This document shows, in pieces, positions 38,941-46,615 of a stretch of DNA of 64,000 nucleotides. Position numbers and translations under genes: made by a program. This DNA is from Roseibacillus sp. (GTDB lineage Bacteria > Verrucomicrobiota > Verrucomicrobiia > Verrucomicrobiales > Akkermansiaceae), in the NCBI GenBank assembly GCA_028821775.1, contig JAPKFB010000005.1, forward strand, positions 26,257 to 90,256. Reading direction: 5' to 3'. The notes under the pieces are model-generated. The model had not been told where the DNA came from, ran no database searches, and worked only from the letters and a program-made list of their open reading frames with translations. The first letter of the stretch is position 1; every line of letters starts with the position of its first letter.

Positions 38941-40376
38941 CAACTCACGGCCGCGAGGTTGCCCTGAATGGCACGACGCCGATACAGAAACTCAAAGAGA
39001 TTGCCTTCGTGCGGTTGTTCCCACTGCACGCGGTTGGTGGGGAAGGGTCCGATGTTGAGACGCTCGATGTCAGGGGAATTCATGAGTTGCCGGATCCAGA
39101 TGGGATCTTCGGTCCAGGCCGAGGCCACCAGGGTCTCCCCGATTTCGCTCAACATGCGCTCCTGCGGAATTTCGGTGACACTTGCAAAGGGGAACATGAA
39201 CTCCGTGTTGGCGAGTGGGTGATCGGAGTGGGCGCAAGATATCAGGGTGGGGCGCAGATAGGTTTGCCCGTGCATTTCAACCAGCCGCGGGCCCTTGCGA
39301 TAGCGCGCGGTGACGTCTTCCGCTCCCGCCACCTTGAGATGCTCGTCGATGAGATCGTTGATCGAACCCGCCCACTCCGTGTTGGAAAATCCACAGAGAA
39401 GAGCGTCTTCGTGATCGCGGGGAAGAGGTTCTATCGCCGCCAGTTCCTGCGCGATGGCATCCGCGATTTCTTCCCGACCAGAGGGCACAAGGATCGCAGA
39501 GGTGTTGATGCAACTCCGCCCCCCATTCGCGGAAACCGATTCCACCAGGGTTCTGGCGTGCTCGGTCCACTTGCCCATGAAGTCTTCGCCGATGAGAACC
39601 TTGCTGCGGCCCGTGCCATGCACCTGGATGCTTGGAAAGGCGGCATACTTGCGCACAGTGGCATCGCTCCCAAAAGAGATTCCCCGTCCGCAAGTCATCA
39701 GGATCGTGTCGCCACCCTCGTGGGTGGTTGGGTAAAATCCAAAGGCCTCCTTGGGAAATCCCGCCGCAATCAGCGCCTGGACGATCCGGAACGGCGTGAA
39801 GGGATCCTCGCGACCCGGTTTCAGAAGGACCGGAATTTTGAGCACGGGTGCAGGGAGCCAGAGGGAATTGACTGCCGGCGCGTTGCTGGGAAGAGAGACC
39901 CCCAGGGCATCCGTGACAGGATAGAAATTCACCTCGAGATCATTCAGGGAGGAAATTCCGCGATCGAAGAGGTCGAGGGAAATCCCGCGGGTCAGTCCGG
40001 CGATCACGGTGCGAATCTGAGACATGGCGGCATGGATCTTCCCCATGTTCATCCGGACCAAGGTGTGCGGCAGCTTGGTCAGGGCGGAGAGCGATTCGAC
40101 ATATTCCTGCGGCCCTTGGGCACTGTCCCCGAGGGGCAATTCTTCATGGAGGAAGAGCTCGGCGGCCTGCTCACAGTATGTCGCAAGGGTGTCGGTCGGG
40201 ATCTCATTGAGGGCAGCCCGCGACTTCGCAATCCCGAGCAGATCGCGCCGGATGAGCCCGGGATTTGCCGTGTGCGTCAACACCTTGCGGCCGGCGGAGG
40301 CTGGCAGCTCGACGGTGTCGAGACTGCGATACTTCTGTCCGAGACGCAGGATGGGAATGTGAATTTCCTCGCTCAT
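38940..40376 (-). CDS. Aldehyde dehydrogenase superfamily protein, possibly LuxC-like acyl reductase
   Basis: SLPSNAPAV..., KPGREDPFTP and catalytic-Cys block NGGRSCINTS. The C-terminal PHEGNLFEFL resembles the LuxC H-D/E-G tail (from memory of the family, not searched). Confidence 0.7.
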   Translation of the reverse strand: MSEEIHIPILRLGQKYRSLDTVELPASAGRKVLTHTANPGLIRRDLLGIAKSRAALNEIPTDTLATYCEQAAELFLHEELPLGDSAQGPQEYVESLSALTKLPHTLVRMNMGKIHAAMSQIRTVIAGLTRGISLDLFDRGISSLNDLEVNFYPVTDALGVSLPSNAPAVNSLWLPAPVLKIPVLLKPGREDPFTPFRIVQALIAAGFPKEAFGFYPTTHEGGDTILMTCGRGISFGSDATVRKYAAFPSIQVHGTGRSKVLIGEDFMGKWTEHARTLVESVSANGGRSCINTSAILVPSGREEIADAIAQELAAIEPLPRDHEDALLCGFSNTEWAGSINDLIDEHLKVAGAEDVTARYRKGPRLVEMHGQTYLRPTLISCAHSDHPLANTEFMFPFASVTEIPQERMLSEIGETLVASAWTEDPIWIRQLMNSPDIERLNIGPFPTNRVQWEQPHEGNLFEFLYRRRAIQGNLAAVS

Positions 40377-40406
40377 GATTGTGGCCTCTTCCTTCTGGTT
40401 CCGAAT

Positions 40407-41477
40407 CTAATAGACGCCCTCGATGACTTGCTTGCTGCCGCTCTGGAAAGGGCGCACGTCGCCAACCCCATCCCAGGGAAACTCCGCGCATGGTTTGCGC
40501 CGAATGGCCTCGTCGCGTTCGAGGAAGCGGGGCACGAAAAATTCCTTCGTCATGGTGGTAAGTTCGACCCGCCCGTATTCTCCGTAGGGGAGTTCGAGGG
40601 ATGAGTCTTCGGGATTCACGATGCGCAACACCGCCCGAGGTTGGGGCGCGTAGTAGGTCAGGCTGTATTCGCCCGGCTCACGCTTCCGACTGATGGCGAG
40701 CCCCATCAGGGTGTTTCCATAGGTCGGAGCGTAGTTGATCTTTCCTTCCAGCACTTCCTCTTCGATGAAGCGCACATACTGCGGGGTCATGGTGGTCCCC
40801 CCGGCGAAGACCCCCTTGATCCCGGCCTCCACGAGGGAGATGCGCTCGGCCAGGTTTTCAAGGAGCTTGGGGGTGGTGAAAATGCATTTGATGTCACGGT
40901 GACGAATGATGGTGACCGCTTGATCAATGACGTGCTCCTGGTACTTGCGCGCCATGGCATACTCCCCGTCCTTGATCAGGCGCTTCACCCACCGCGGATC
41001 GAGATCAATGAAGTAGCACGCTCCTCCTCGGCGATTCGCAAGATGCTCGATCGAGAGCCGCAAGCGACGTGGACCAGTGGGGCCCACCATGAGCCAGTTA
41101 CCGCCCTGCGGAAAAAAGTCGGGAGGATAGTGATCGCTGAATTCGGAGTAGTCGGTCTTGTAGTCTTCCCACCCGATTCGCTGCTTGGGCATGCCGGTAG
41201 TGCCTCCGGTCTCAAACACATTGTAGGGTTTGCCCGCGAAGGCCTTCGGGATGAAGCGGGCGGGATCTTCCTTGCGCAGGACGTCATCGTCGAAATGAGG
41301 GAACTTCTGGATATCGGCAAAGCAGGTCACCTCTGCGAGGGGATCAAAGTCCAACTCCTTGGCCCGTTCCAGCCAGTAGGGACAGCCGGTTTCGGGCGAA
41401 AAGTGCCATTTCATGCTCTCGCGCACGCGCTCCTCCAGCGCCGCGCGGGCCTCTTCCACAGTTAAATCACAGCTCAT
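40407..41477 (-). CDS. Short PaaK/LuxE-like adenylate-forming enzyme (356 aa)
   Basis: PaaK-like N-terminal region and FETGGTTGMPKQR AMP-binding P-loop. It appears to lack the canonical C-terminal ANL subdomain, and its size resembles LuxE acyl-protein synthetases. Confidence 0.6.
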   Translation of the reverse strand: MSCDLTVEEARAALEERVRESMKWHFSPETGCPYWLERAKELDFDPLAEVTCFADIQKFPHFDDDVLRKEDPARFIPKAFAGKPYNVFETGGTTGMPKQRIGWEDYKTDYSEFSDHYPPDFFPQGGNWLMVGPTGPRRLRLSIEHLANRRGGACYFIDLDPRWVKRLIKDGEYAMARKYQEHVIDQAVTIIRHRDIKCIFTTPKLLENLAERISLVEAGIKGVFAGGTTMTPQYVRFIEEEVLEGKINYAPTYGNTLMGLAISRKREPGEYSLTYYAPQPRAVLRIVNPEDSSLELPYGEYGRVELTTMTKEFFVPRFLERDEAIRRKPCAEFPWDGVGDVRPFQSGSKQVIEGVY

Positions 41478-41492
41478 GTCAGATGCGCCCCT

Positions 41493-41765
41493 TTAGGACG
41501 AGCGCTCATCCCTACCCCTTTCTAAAATTCCCGCAAGTCTTGCGATTCCCCCGAGTCCTGCAATTGCTTCGGATTCTCGGACTAACTCGCGAAATGGAGC
41601 TCCTTGAGCACCAGCGATCCCAAAAAATCGAACGGCCCGCTCCCCGTCATCTTCATCGGCCCAGTCGGTCCCGGCCCCTCCACGGGCATCGATATCTGGC
41701 CCTTTTCCCGCGACTGTAGCGAGCGAGGACAACAACCCAAATGCGATCGCAAGTGCATGCTTCAT
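41493..41765 (-). CDS. Small hypothetical secreted peptide/protein
   Basis: Signal peptide MKHALAIAFGLLSSLATVAG. GC3 bias decays in the 3' half, so the real product may be shorter or the region may be a leader. Confidence 0.3.
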   Translation of the reverse strand: MKHALAIAFGLLSSLATVAGKGPDIDARGGAGTDWADEDDGERAVRFFGIAGAQGAPFRELVRESEAIAGLGGIARLAGILERGRDERSS

Positions 41766-41796
41766 GCCACCCCATGAACCTCCGATGGCTCTACCG

Positions 41797-42822
41797 TCAA
41801 TCAGCGATGGGAGGCCCCTCTTCCTCCTGCTTACGCTGCCATTTTTTCTCGATGTCCCCCTCGGTCAGAACCCAACCACTGGCGAGGACTTTTTCGATCC
41901 GAACCTGGCGAGCATGATGGCTTTCCCCTTCGGGGCGGAGCTTCAGAGTGACGCGTTGCTTGCGGTTCTTGGAAGTGATCTCCGTGAGAAGCTCTGCCGT
42001 GGGCGAACCCGTGGTCGCATATCCGGTCAGGGAGTCGGGCCAGTCCGGACTGCTCAGTTCAAAAGCCGTCCAGCTTTTGTCGTTCGTAAATCCGTGGTTG
42101 AAGTAGAAGCTCGGCTTCACCACAAGCCGCACTTCCTCGCCTGCTTCCCCCTCCAGCAGTCCTTGCCAAGTAGCGGTGCCGTAGCGGGCGAAGGACTCGT
42201 AATCCACCATCGGTCCGCGGGGAGTGGCCGCAATGCAGAGCAAGCGCATGCGCCCATCGGCCATCGTGACGGCAAATCGTTCGAAGCGCATGTTTCCACT
42301 AGCGCTTGCGGCACCCATCGCGATCACCGCCCCGTGCTCAATCGGAAAGGCCCTTACCTCCTGCGCGAACCCTGCCAGCTTCGCGAGGGCACGCTCGGGA
42401 TCGCGAACGAGCGCAAGGCGCTCCCTCTCCGAACCGGCCCCCAGGAATGCTTGGGCAACTTCCAGTGCTGACAAGTCAGAAACGATCGCCTCATCAATAT
42501 TGACCTCCTGTTCGCGCTCTGGTAATGGGGTCCCCTCCTTTAGAGTGCTCGCCGCGGCGCTGCGCTCCCACCTGCTGCTCAACCTCAGAGCGAGGGGAAC
42601 GGTGATTCCGAGCAGCACAAGGATCACAATCGGGATCACGTATTTCAGCGAGAAGCGGCGGCCCGGCGGGTCCTCCTCGGTCAAGCCCCAGTCCTGCGTC
42701 TTGCGGTCTTCCGGGAGCGTGAATTCCTGTTCCAGAATGAACTCCGCTTTCCCCGACTTCTTCAACTTCCCTCGTTTTTCCGTTTCCTTTTCCATTGCGC
42801 GTGCCCGTTTGCTGGAAGACAA
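41797..42822 (-). CDS. Hypothetical membrane-anchored protein, paralogue of the C-terminal domain of 3340..4854
   Basis: Lys-rich N-terminus, one TM helix (YVIPIVILVLLGITVPLAL), then a ~230-aa domain. That domain aligns block by block with the 504-aa protein (..VA.A.L.A.S.., F.R..V....R.L, P.V..E.FA..G...W.G.L, GYA..G, V.IE.V.A.GW). Confidence 0.6.
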   Translation of the reverse strand: MSSSKRARAMEKETEKRGKLKKSGKAEFILEQEFTLPEDRKTQDWGLTEEDPPGRRFSLKYVIPIVILVLLGITVPLALRLSSRWERSAAASTLKEGTPLPEREQEVNIDEAIVSDLSALEVAQAFLGAGSERERLALVRDPERALAKLAGFAQEVRAFPIEHGAVIAMGAASASGNMRFERFAVTMADGRMRLLCIAATPRGPMVDYESFARYGTATWQGLLEGEAGEEVRLVVKPSFYFNHGFTNDKSWTAFELSSPDWPDSLTGYATTGSPTAELLTEITSKNRKQRVTLKLRPEGESHHARQVRIEKVLASGWVLTEGDIEKKWQRKQEEEGPPIAD

Positions 42823-42888
42823 CGCCCAGCGTCACGAGAAGGCCGCACAAGGTCAAGTAAATGGCGTTCCTGACGACCTGATCAGTCC

Positions 42889-44418
42889 CTACGGGAAAAA
42901 CTTGTCCACCGTCTCCTTGCTGGGTGGCTTGGTGGCCAGGGAAACGGCCACCATGGCGACCACCCCGGTGAGCCAGCAGACCGCCACGGGCATGACGCCC
43001 CCGAGGATGACGTACTCGCCCCCAAAGCCGGATTTCGCGAAGAAGTAGAACCAGACCACGGTGGTGGCAACGATGCTCGCAATGGCACCCTCCTTGGTCG
43101 ATCGGCGCCAATACAAAGCCGCGATGACAAGCGGGGTAAGGGCCGCAAACCCCGAGAAGCACCAGATCGCAAGATCGAAGACATTCTGATCGATGAGCAC
43201 CATCGCCAAGACGTAGGTGATCACCACAATGGCCAGCACAAAGCCCCGCGCCATGAGCAGAATCTGCTTGTCGGTGTACTTTTTCTTCGTGTTGTGAAGG
43301 ACAATGTCGTTCGTGAAAATGGTTCCGAGGCAGAGGAACTGCGAATCGAGGGAAGACATGATCGCGGCCAGAATGCCCGCGGTGACCAGTCCTACGATCA
43401 CCGGATCCTTGACCAGGATGCCCACCATCTTGGCCAAGACCGCAGCGGGAGCCGCACCTTCCAGCGGTTTCAGACCCGTCGCCCACAAGCCAATCAACAC
43501 GCAAGGCACCCAGACGATCATGATACAGATCGGATGCGCGATCACGGTGAGCTTGAAGGCCTTCGCGCTCTTGGCCGTGAGCCAGTGTTGAAAGAGATGA
43601 GGGAACATTCCGACGCTGAGGGGAATGAACATGTAGGTGGCAAACATGATGGGCGGAACGCCGACCTTTCCTTCGCTGGAAACGGTTCGCACCAGGTGAC
43701 CCTCCTTGGCTTGCTCGATCGCTGCCCCCAGCCCGCCAAGCTTGTTGGAGATCAAAATGAAGGCGAGGACTCCCATCGTCATGAAGACGAGGGTCTGGAA
43801 GGTGTTGGCCCAGGCCGCCGCCCGCGAGCCGCCCGCAAAGATGTAGCAGAGCACCACGATGCAGATGACCGCACCGGTGAGCCACGGGGGAATCGCCCCT
43901 CCGGTCGATTCGAAAAGATCCGGAAAGGTGCCCTCGATCATTCCCCTCGGGGTCTTCTTCGGTCCCGTCACCCCACCAATCGTTTTCGCTGCCCCGATCA
44001 CTCCAATCAGAAGATAGGGAATGACCAGGAGAACGAGGATGGGAAAGAGGAGATATCCCAGGCCGTTCGAATCGAACCGCGCACGGAAAAACTGAATCTG
44101 GGTCACGTAGCCATGGCGTTTGCCGATGGCCCAGAGTTTGAGCCCGATGAGCAGGAAGCAAGCCGCGTGAATGAGCCCCGAGGAGGAAGCCATCAGACCG
44201 TAGGTCCCGATCCCGCGCTCAAAGGACTTGCCGGTGGAACCGACCAGCGCAAAGGCAGTCATGGTCGTCCCAAAAACCGACATCAGGAGCATGAAGGGAC
44301 CGATTGAGCGGCTCGCCACAAAGTAGTCCGCGCTCGTTCCGCGAAAGAAAATCTTGGACCCCATCGCGAAGGCAAGCAGCGCGCCGAGGTAGATGACGAT
44401 GATCCAAATTGTTGCCAT
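42889..44418 (-). CDS. Sodium:solute symporter (SSS) family transporter
   Basis: DYFVASRSIGPFMLLMSVFGTTMTAFALVGSTG and about 13 TM helices. Confidence 0.88.
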   Translation of the reverse strand: MATIWIIVIYLGALLAFAMGSKIFFRGTSADYFVASRSIGPFMLLMSVFGTTMTAFALVGSTGKSFERGIGTYGLMASSSGLIHAACFLLIGLKLWAIGKRHGYVTQIQFFRARFDSNGLGYLLFPILVLLVIPYLLIGVIGAAKTIGGVTGPKKTPRGMIEGTFPDLFESTGGAIPPWLTGAVICIVVLCYIFAGGSRAAAWANTFQTLVFMTMGVLAFILISNKLGGLGAAIEQAKEGHLVRTVSSEGKVGVPPIMFATYMFIPLSVGMFPHLFQHWLTAKSAKAFKLTVIAHPICIMIVWVPCVLIGLWATGLKPLEGAAPAAVLAKMVGILVKDPVIVGLVTAGILAAIMSSLDSQFLCLGTIFTNDIVLHNTKKKYTDKQILLMARGFVLAIVVITYVLAMVLIDQNVFDLAIWCFSGFAALTPLVIAALYWRRSTKEGAIASIVATTVVWFYFFAKSGFGGEYVILGGVMPVAVCWLTGVVAMVAVSLATKPPSKETVDKFFP

Positions 44419-44529
44419 TGGTTCAGTATACAGAGTTCAGGAATCAGGAATCAGACCTGCGGAGAGGAGCGGTTTAAACACAACAAGGAAGGCGGTCAGA
44501 AGGTTCAGAGTCTCGATGCGGGTTGGTGC

Positions 44530-44754
44530 TCACTCTTCCCCGCCCTCGGCCCATTCTTCCAGTTTGGTCGGCCACGCCACCTTGATCACAACCGCCCAGA
44601 AGGCGGTCGCCACCAGCGTGTAGAGCGCATGGTAGGCCAAGCCCATGGGCATGAAGCCAAAGACCAAGGAGGCATTGTCCCAGTTCCAGAAATCCTGGTG
44701 CAGGATCGCGAGAAGCACAAAGACGGTGAGGAAGACGAGAGAGGTTCTTTTCAT
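44530..44754 (-). CDS. DUF3311-like small membrane protein (SSS-transporter companion)
   Basis: 74 aa and two TM helices. The motif HQDFWNW...FGFMP plus the position upstream of an SSS transporter are typical. Confidence 0.65.
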   Translation of the reverse strand: MKRTSLVFLTVFVLLAILHQDFWNWDNASLVFGFMPMGLAYHALYTLVATAFWAVVIKVAWPTKLEEWAEGGEE

Positions 44755-44781
44755 GCGGAGAATTTTGGCCAGCCTCCAGCT

Positions 44782-46593
44782 CTACTTGGTCTTGCCGATG
44801 GCGTAAAGGTGCGTCTGGGTCCCGACGTAAATCGTGTTGTTAGCGACGATGGCTGAGCTGTAGATCGGGGCGTGCAAGGCGATGGTCCCGAGGAGCTTCT
44901 TCTCCTTGGTAGCTGCCAGGATGACCACTTCCCCATCTTCGGTCCCGAGGTAGACCTTGCCGTCAGCCACCAGGGTGGAGGCCCAGATGCGGCTCCCGGT
45001 TTCGTGAACCCAGTAGGCCTTGCCGGTCTTGGCATCCACACAGTGGACGTCGCCGTCGTACTCCGCTGCGATAACGAGCCCGTCGTCCGTGATGCTGGGG
45101 GTGGAAATCGAGCGGCCAATCTTGTCGTAGGTCCAAACCGCTTTGCCGCTGATGTTGCCCTTCTTGGACGGATCGATGCAGCTCAACATCCCGACCCCAT
45201 CCCCGTGCTCGGGATCCTGCCCCGAGAGGGCATAGACATAGCCTTTGTTGATCACGGTTGTTCCGATGATCTCGTTGGGTCCCTTGTAGGTCGCGTACTT
45301 GATCGGGTCGCCATTGGGCTTGTGACGGTAATGCGGTGGATTGGCGTCGTAGCGCCAGAGTTCCTTGAGGATCGGGATGCCCTCGTCCTCGTCCATCACG
45401 GGCTTGGGTTCAAAGCCATAGGCAAATCCGTCGCCTCCGCCCCAAACCAACATGTCCTTTCCGTTGACCTTGCCAATCGCAGGTGAGCTCCAACTCGCGT
45501 GCAAAACGCGTTCGGACACGCCGGAGATTTCCTCTCCGATGAGCTTGCCGGTGTTCTTGTCGAGGGCGATCAATCCGGGAATGAACTCACCGGGAATATT
45601 GGTGTGCGACCAATCCACTCCGTTGGAGGTGGCGGTGTAGAGAATGTCCCCGTGCACCAGCGGCGAGCAACTCGAGACGTTGTGCGGAAAGACCCCAACT
45701 CCGTCGTCGGCATCACGCATGTCAAAGACCCAGAGAATGTCGGCGTAGAACATGTCGGTTTTCGGAGCGCTCTCTCTCCAGATCCCCTTTCGGCGGCCGA
45801 TGGAGGCTTTCAAGAGAGCTCCCTTCTCTCCCTTTTCCTCCTCATTGGCAGCGGCCTTGATCTGCGCGGGCAAGGCCTCGATGGTCTTGGTCAATCCTTC
45901 AAAGATGGTGGCCGCCGGACCGGCGAGCATTCTCGTTTCGCCCTCATGGGTCAGGGTGCGGGCCTCTGCAATCCCCGCGTAGCCTGCCCCGGCATACTTC
46001 CACTCATCCTGAAAGCCATCATTGCCGTTCGCCATTCCGTTGATATCGAGACATACAACTTCGCCCCGATTGGTGATCACCCACAGGCGATCCTCCTCGA
46101 TCGCGGGTGATGAACACATCCCGACATACTCCCAATCGCTCACCTTGCGGGCGCCGAGCTTGGGGGCAATGAGTTGCCAGATCAGCTTACCGGTCTTCTC
46201 GTCGATGCAGAAAAGGTTTCCACGATCCGCCACGTTTCGCTTGTCGCGTGGAGATTCGTTGTTGGTCCCGGCAAAGACCTTGCCGTTACCCACCGAGACG
46301 TTGCCGTAAGACTGGGACCCGAGCTTGATGACCCAGCGGATGTTCTTGGCGGTGCTGAGATCGATCTCCTCGGTTTCGTCATTCATCTCGCCGGGATTGA
46401 CCTCAACCGGGAGGTTGCTGGCATTGCCCACCATGTTGCGAGTGGAATCCCGACCCCAGGTCGGCCAGTCTTCCCCTTGGGGAGCCGCTTCTTTCTTGCT
46501 GTCGGCCGAAGCCGCCTTTTGCTCGCAGGAGGCCACAATCTGGCACAGGCCGGCGCAAAGGGCCGCGGGGAGTAATATTGAGTTGCGCTTCAT
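44782..46593 (-). CDS. PQQ-like beta-propeller lipoprotein
   Basis: ATG 46593 gives MKRNSILLPAALCAGLCQIVASC (lipobox). Propeller blades carry a ~90-aa helical/charged insert. The longer 643-aa ORF overlaps the upstream gene. Confidence 0.8.
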   Translation of the reverse strand: MKRNSILLPAALCAGLCQIVASCEQKAASADSKKEAAPQGEDWPTWGRDSTRNMVGNASNLPVEVNPGEMNDETEEIDLSTAKNIRWVIKLGSQSYGNVSVGNGKVFAGTNNESPRDKRNVADRGNLFCIDEKTGKLIWQLIAPKLGARKVSDWEYVGMCSSPAIEEDRLWVITNRGEVVCLDINGMANGNDGFQDEWKYAGAGYAGIAEARTLTHEGETRMLAGPAATIFEGLTKTIEALPAQIKAAANEEEKGEKGALLKASIGRRKGIWRESAPKTDMFYADILWVFDMRDADDGVGVFPHNVSSCSPLVHGDILYTATSNGVDWSHTNIPGEFIPGLIALDKNTGKLIGEEISGVSERVLHASWSSPAIGKVNGKDMLVWGGGDGFAYGFEPKPVMDEDEGIPILKELWRYDANPPHYRHKPNGDPIKYATYKGPNEIIGTTVINKGYVYALSGQDPEHGDGVGMLSCIDPSKKGNISGKAVWTYDKIGRSISTPSITDDGLVIAAEYDGDVHCVDAKTGKAYWVHETGSRIWASTLVADGKVYLGTEDGEVVILAATKEKKLLGTIALHAPIYSSAIVANNTIYVGTQTHLYAIGKTK

Positions 46594-46615
46594 TTCTGAT
46601 CTTGGTTGGAGGGGG

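Noticed and set aside
42494-44161. 555-aa alternative-frame minus ORF inside the SSS transporter gene, and a 369-aa one (26705..27814) inside the FtsX permease gene.
   Set aside because: They share the strand with the real gene but are off-frame. Their sequences are low-complexity and Arg/Gly/His-rich. The in-frame products are recognisable transporters.
44419-44529. Micro-tandem AGGAATC-AGGAATC-AG in the 111-nt gap between the DUF3311 gene and the SSS transporter.
   Set aside because: Only two short copies are present, with no flanking structure. It could be chance and there is no way to assign function from sequence alone.
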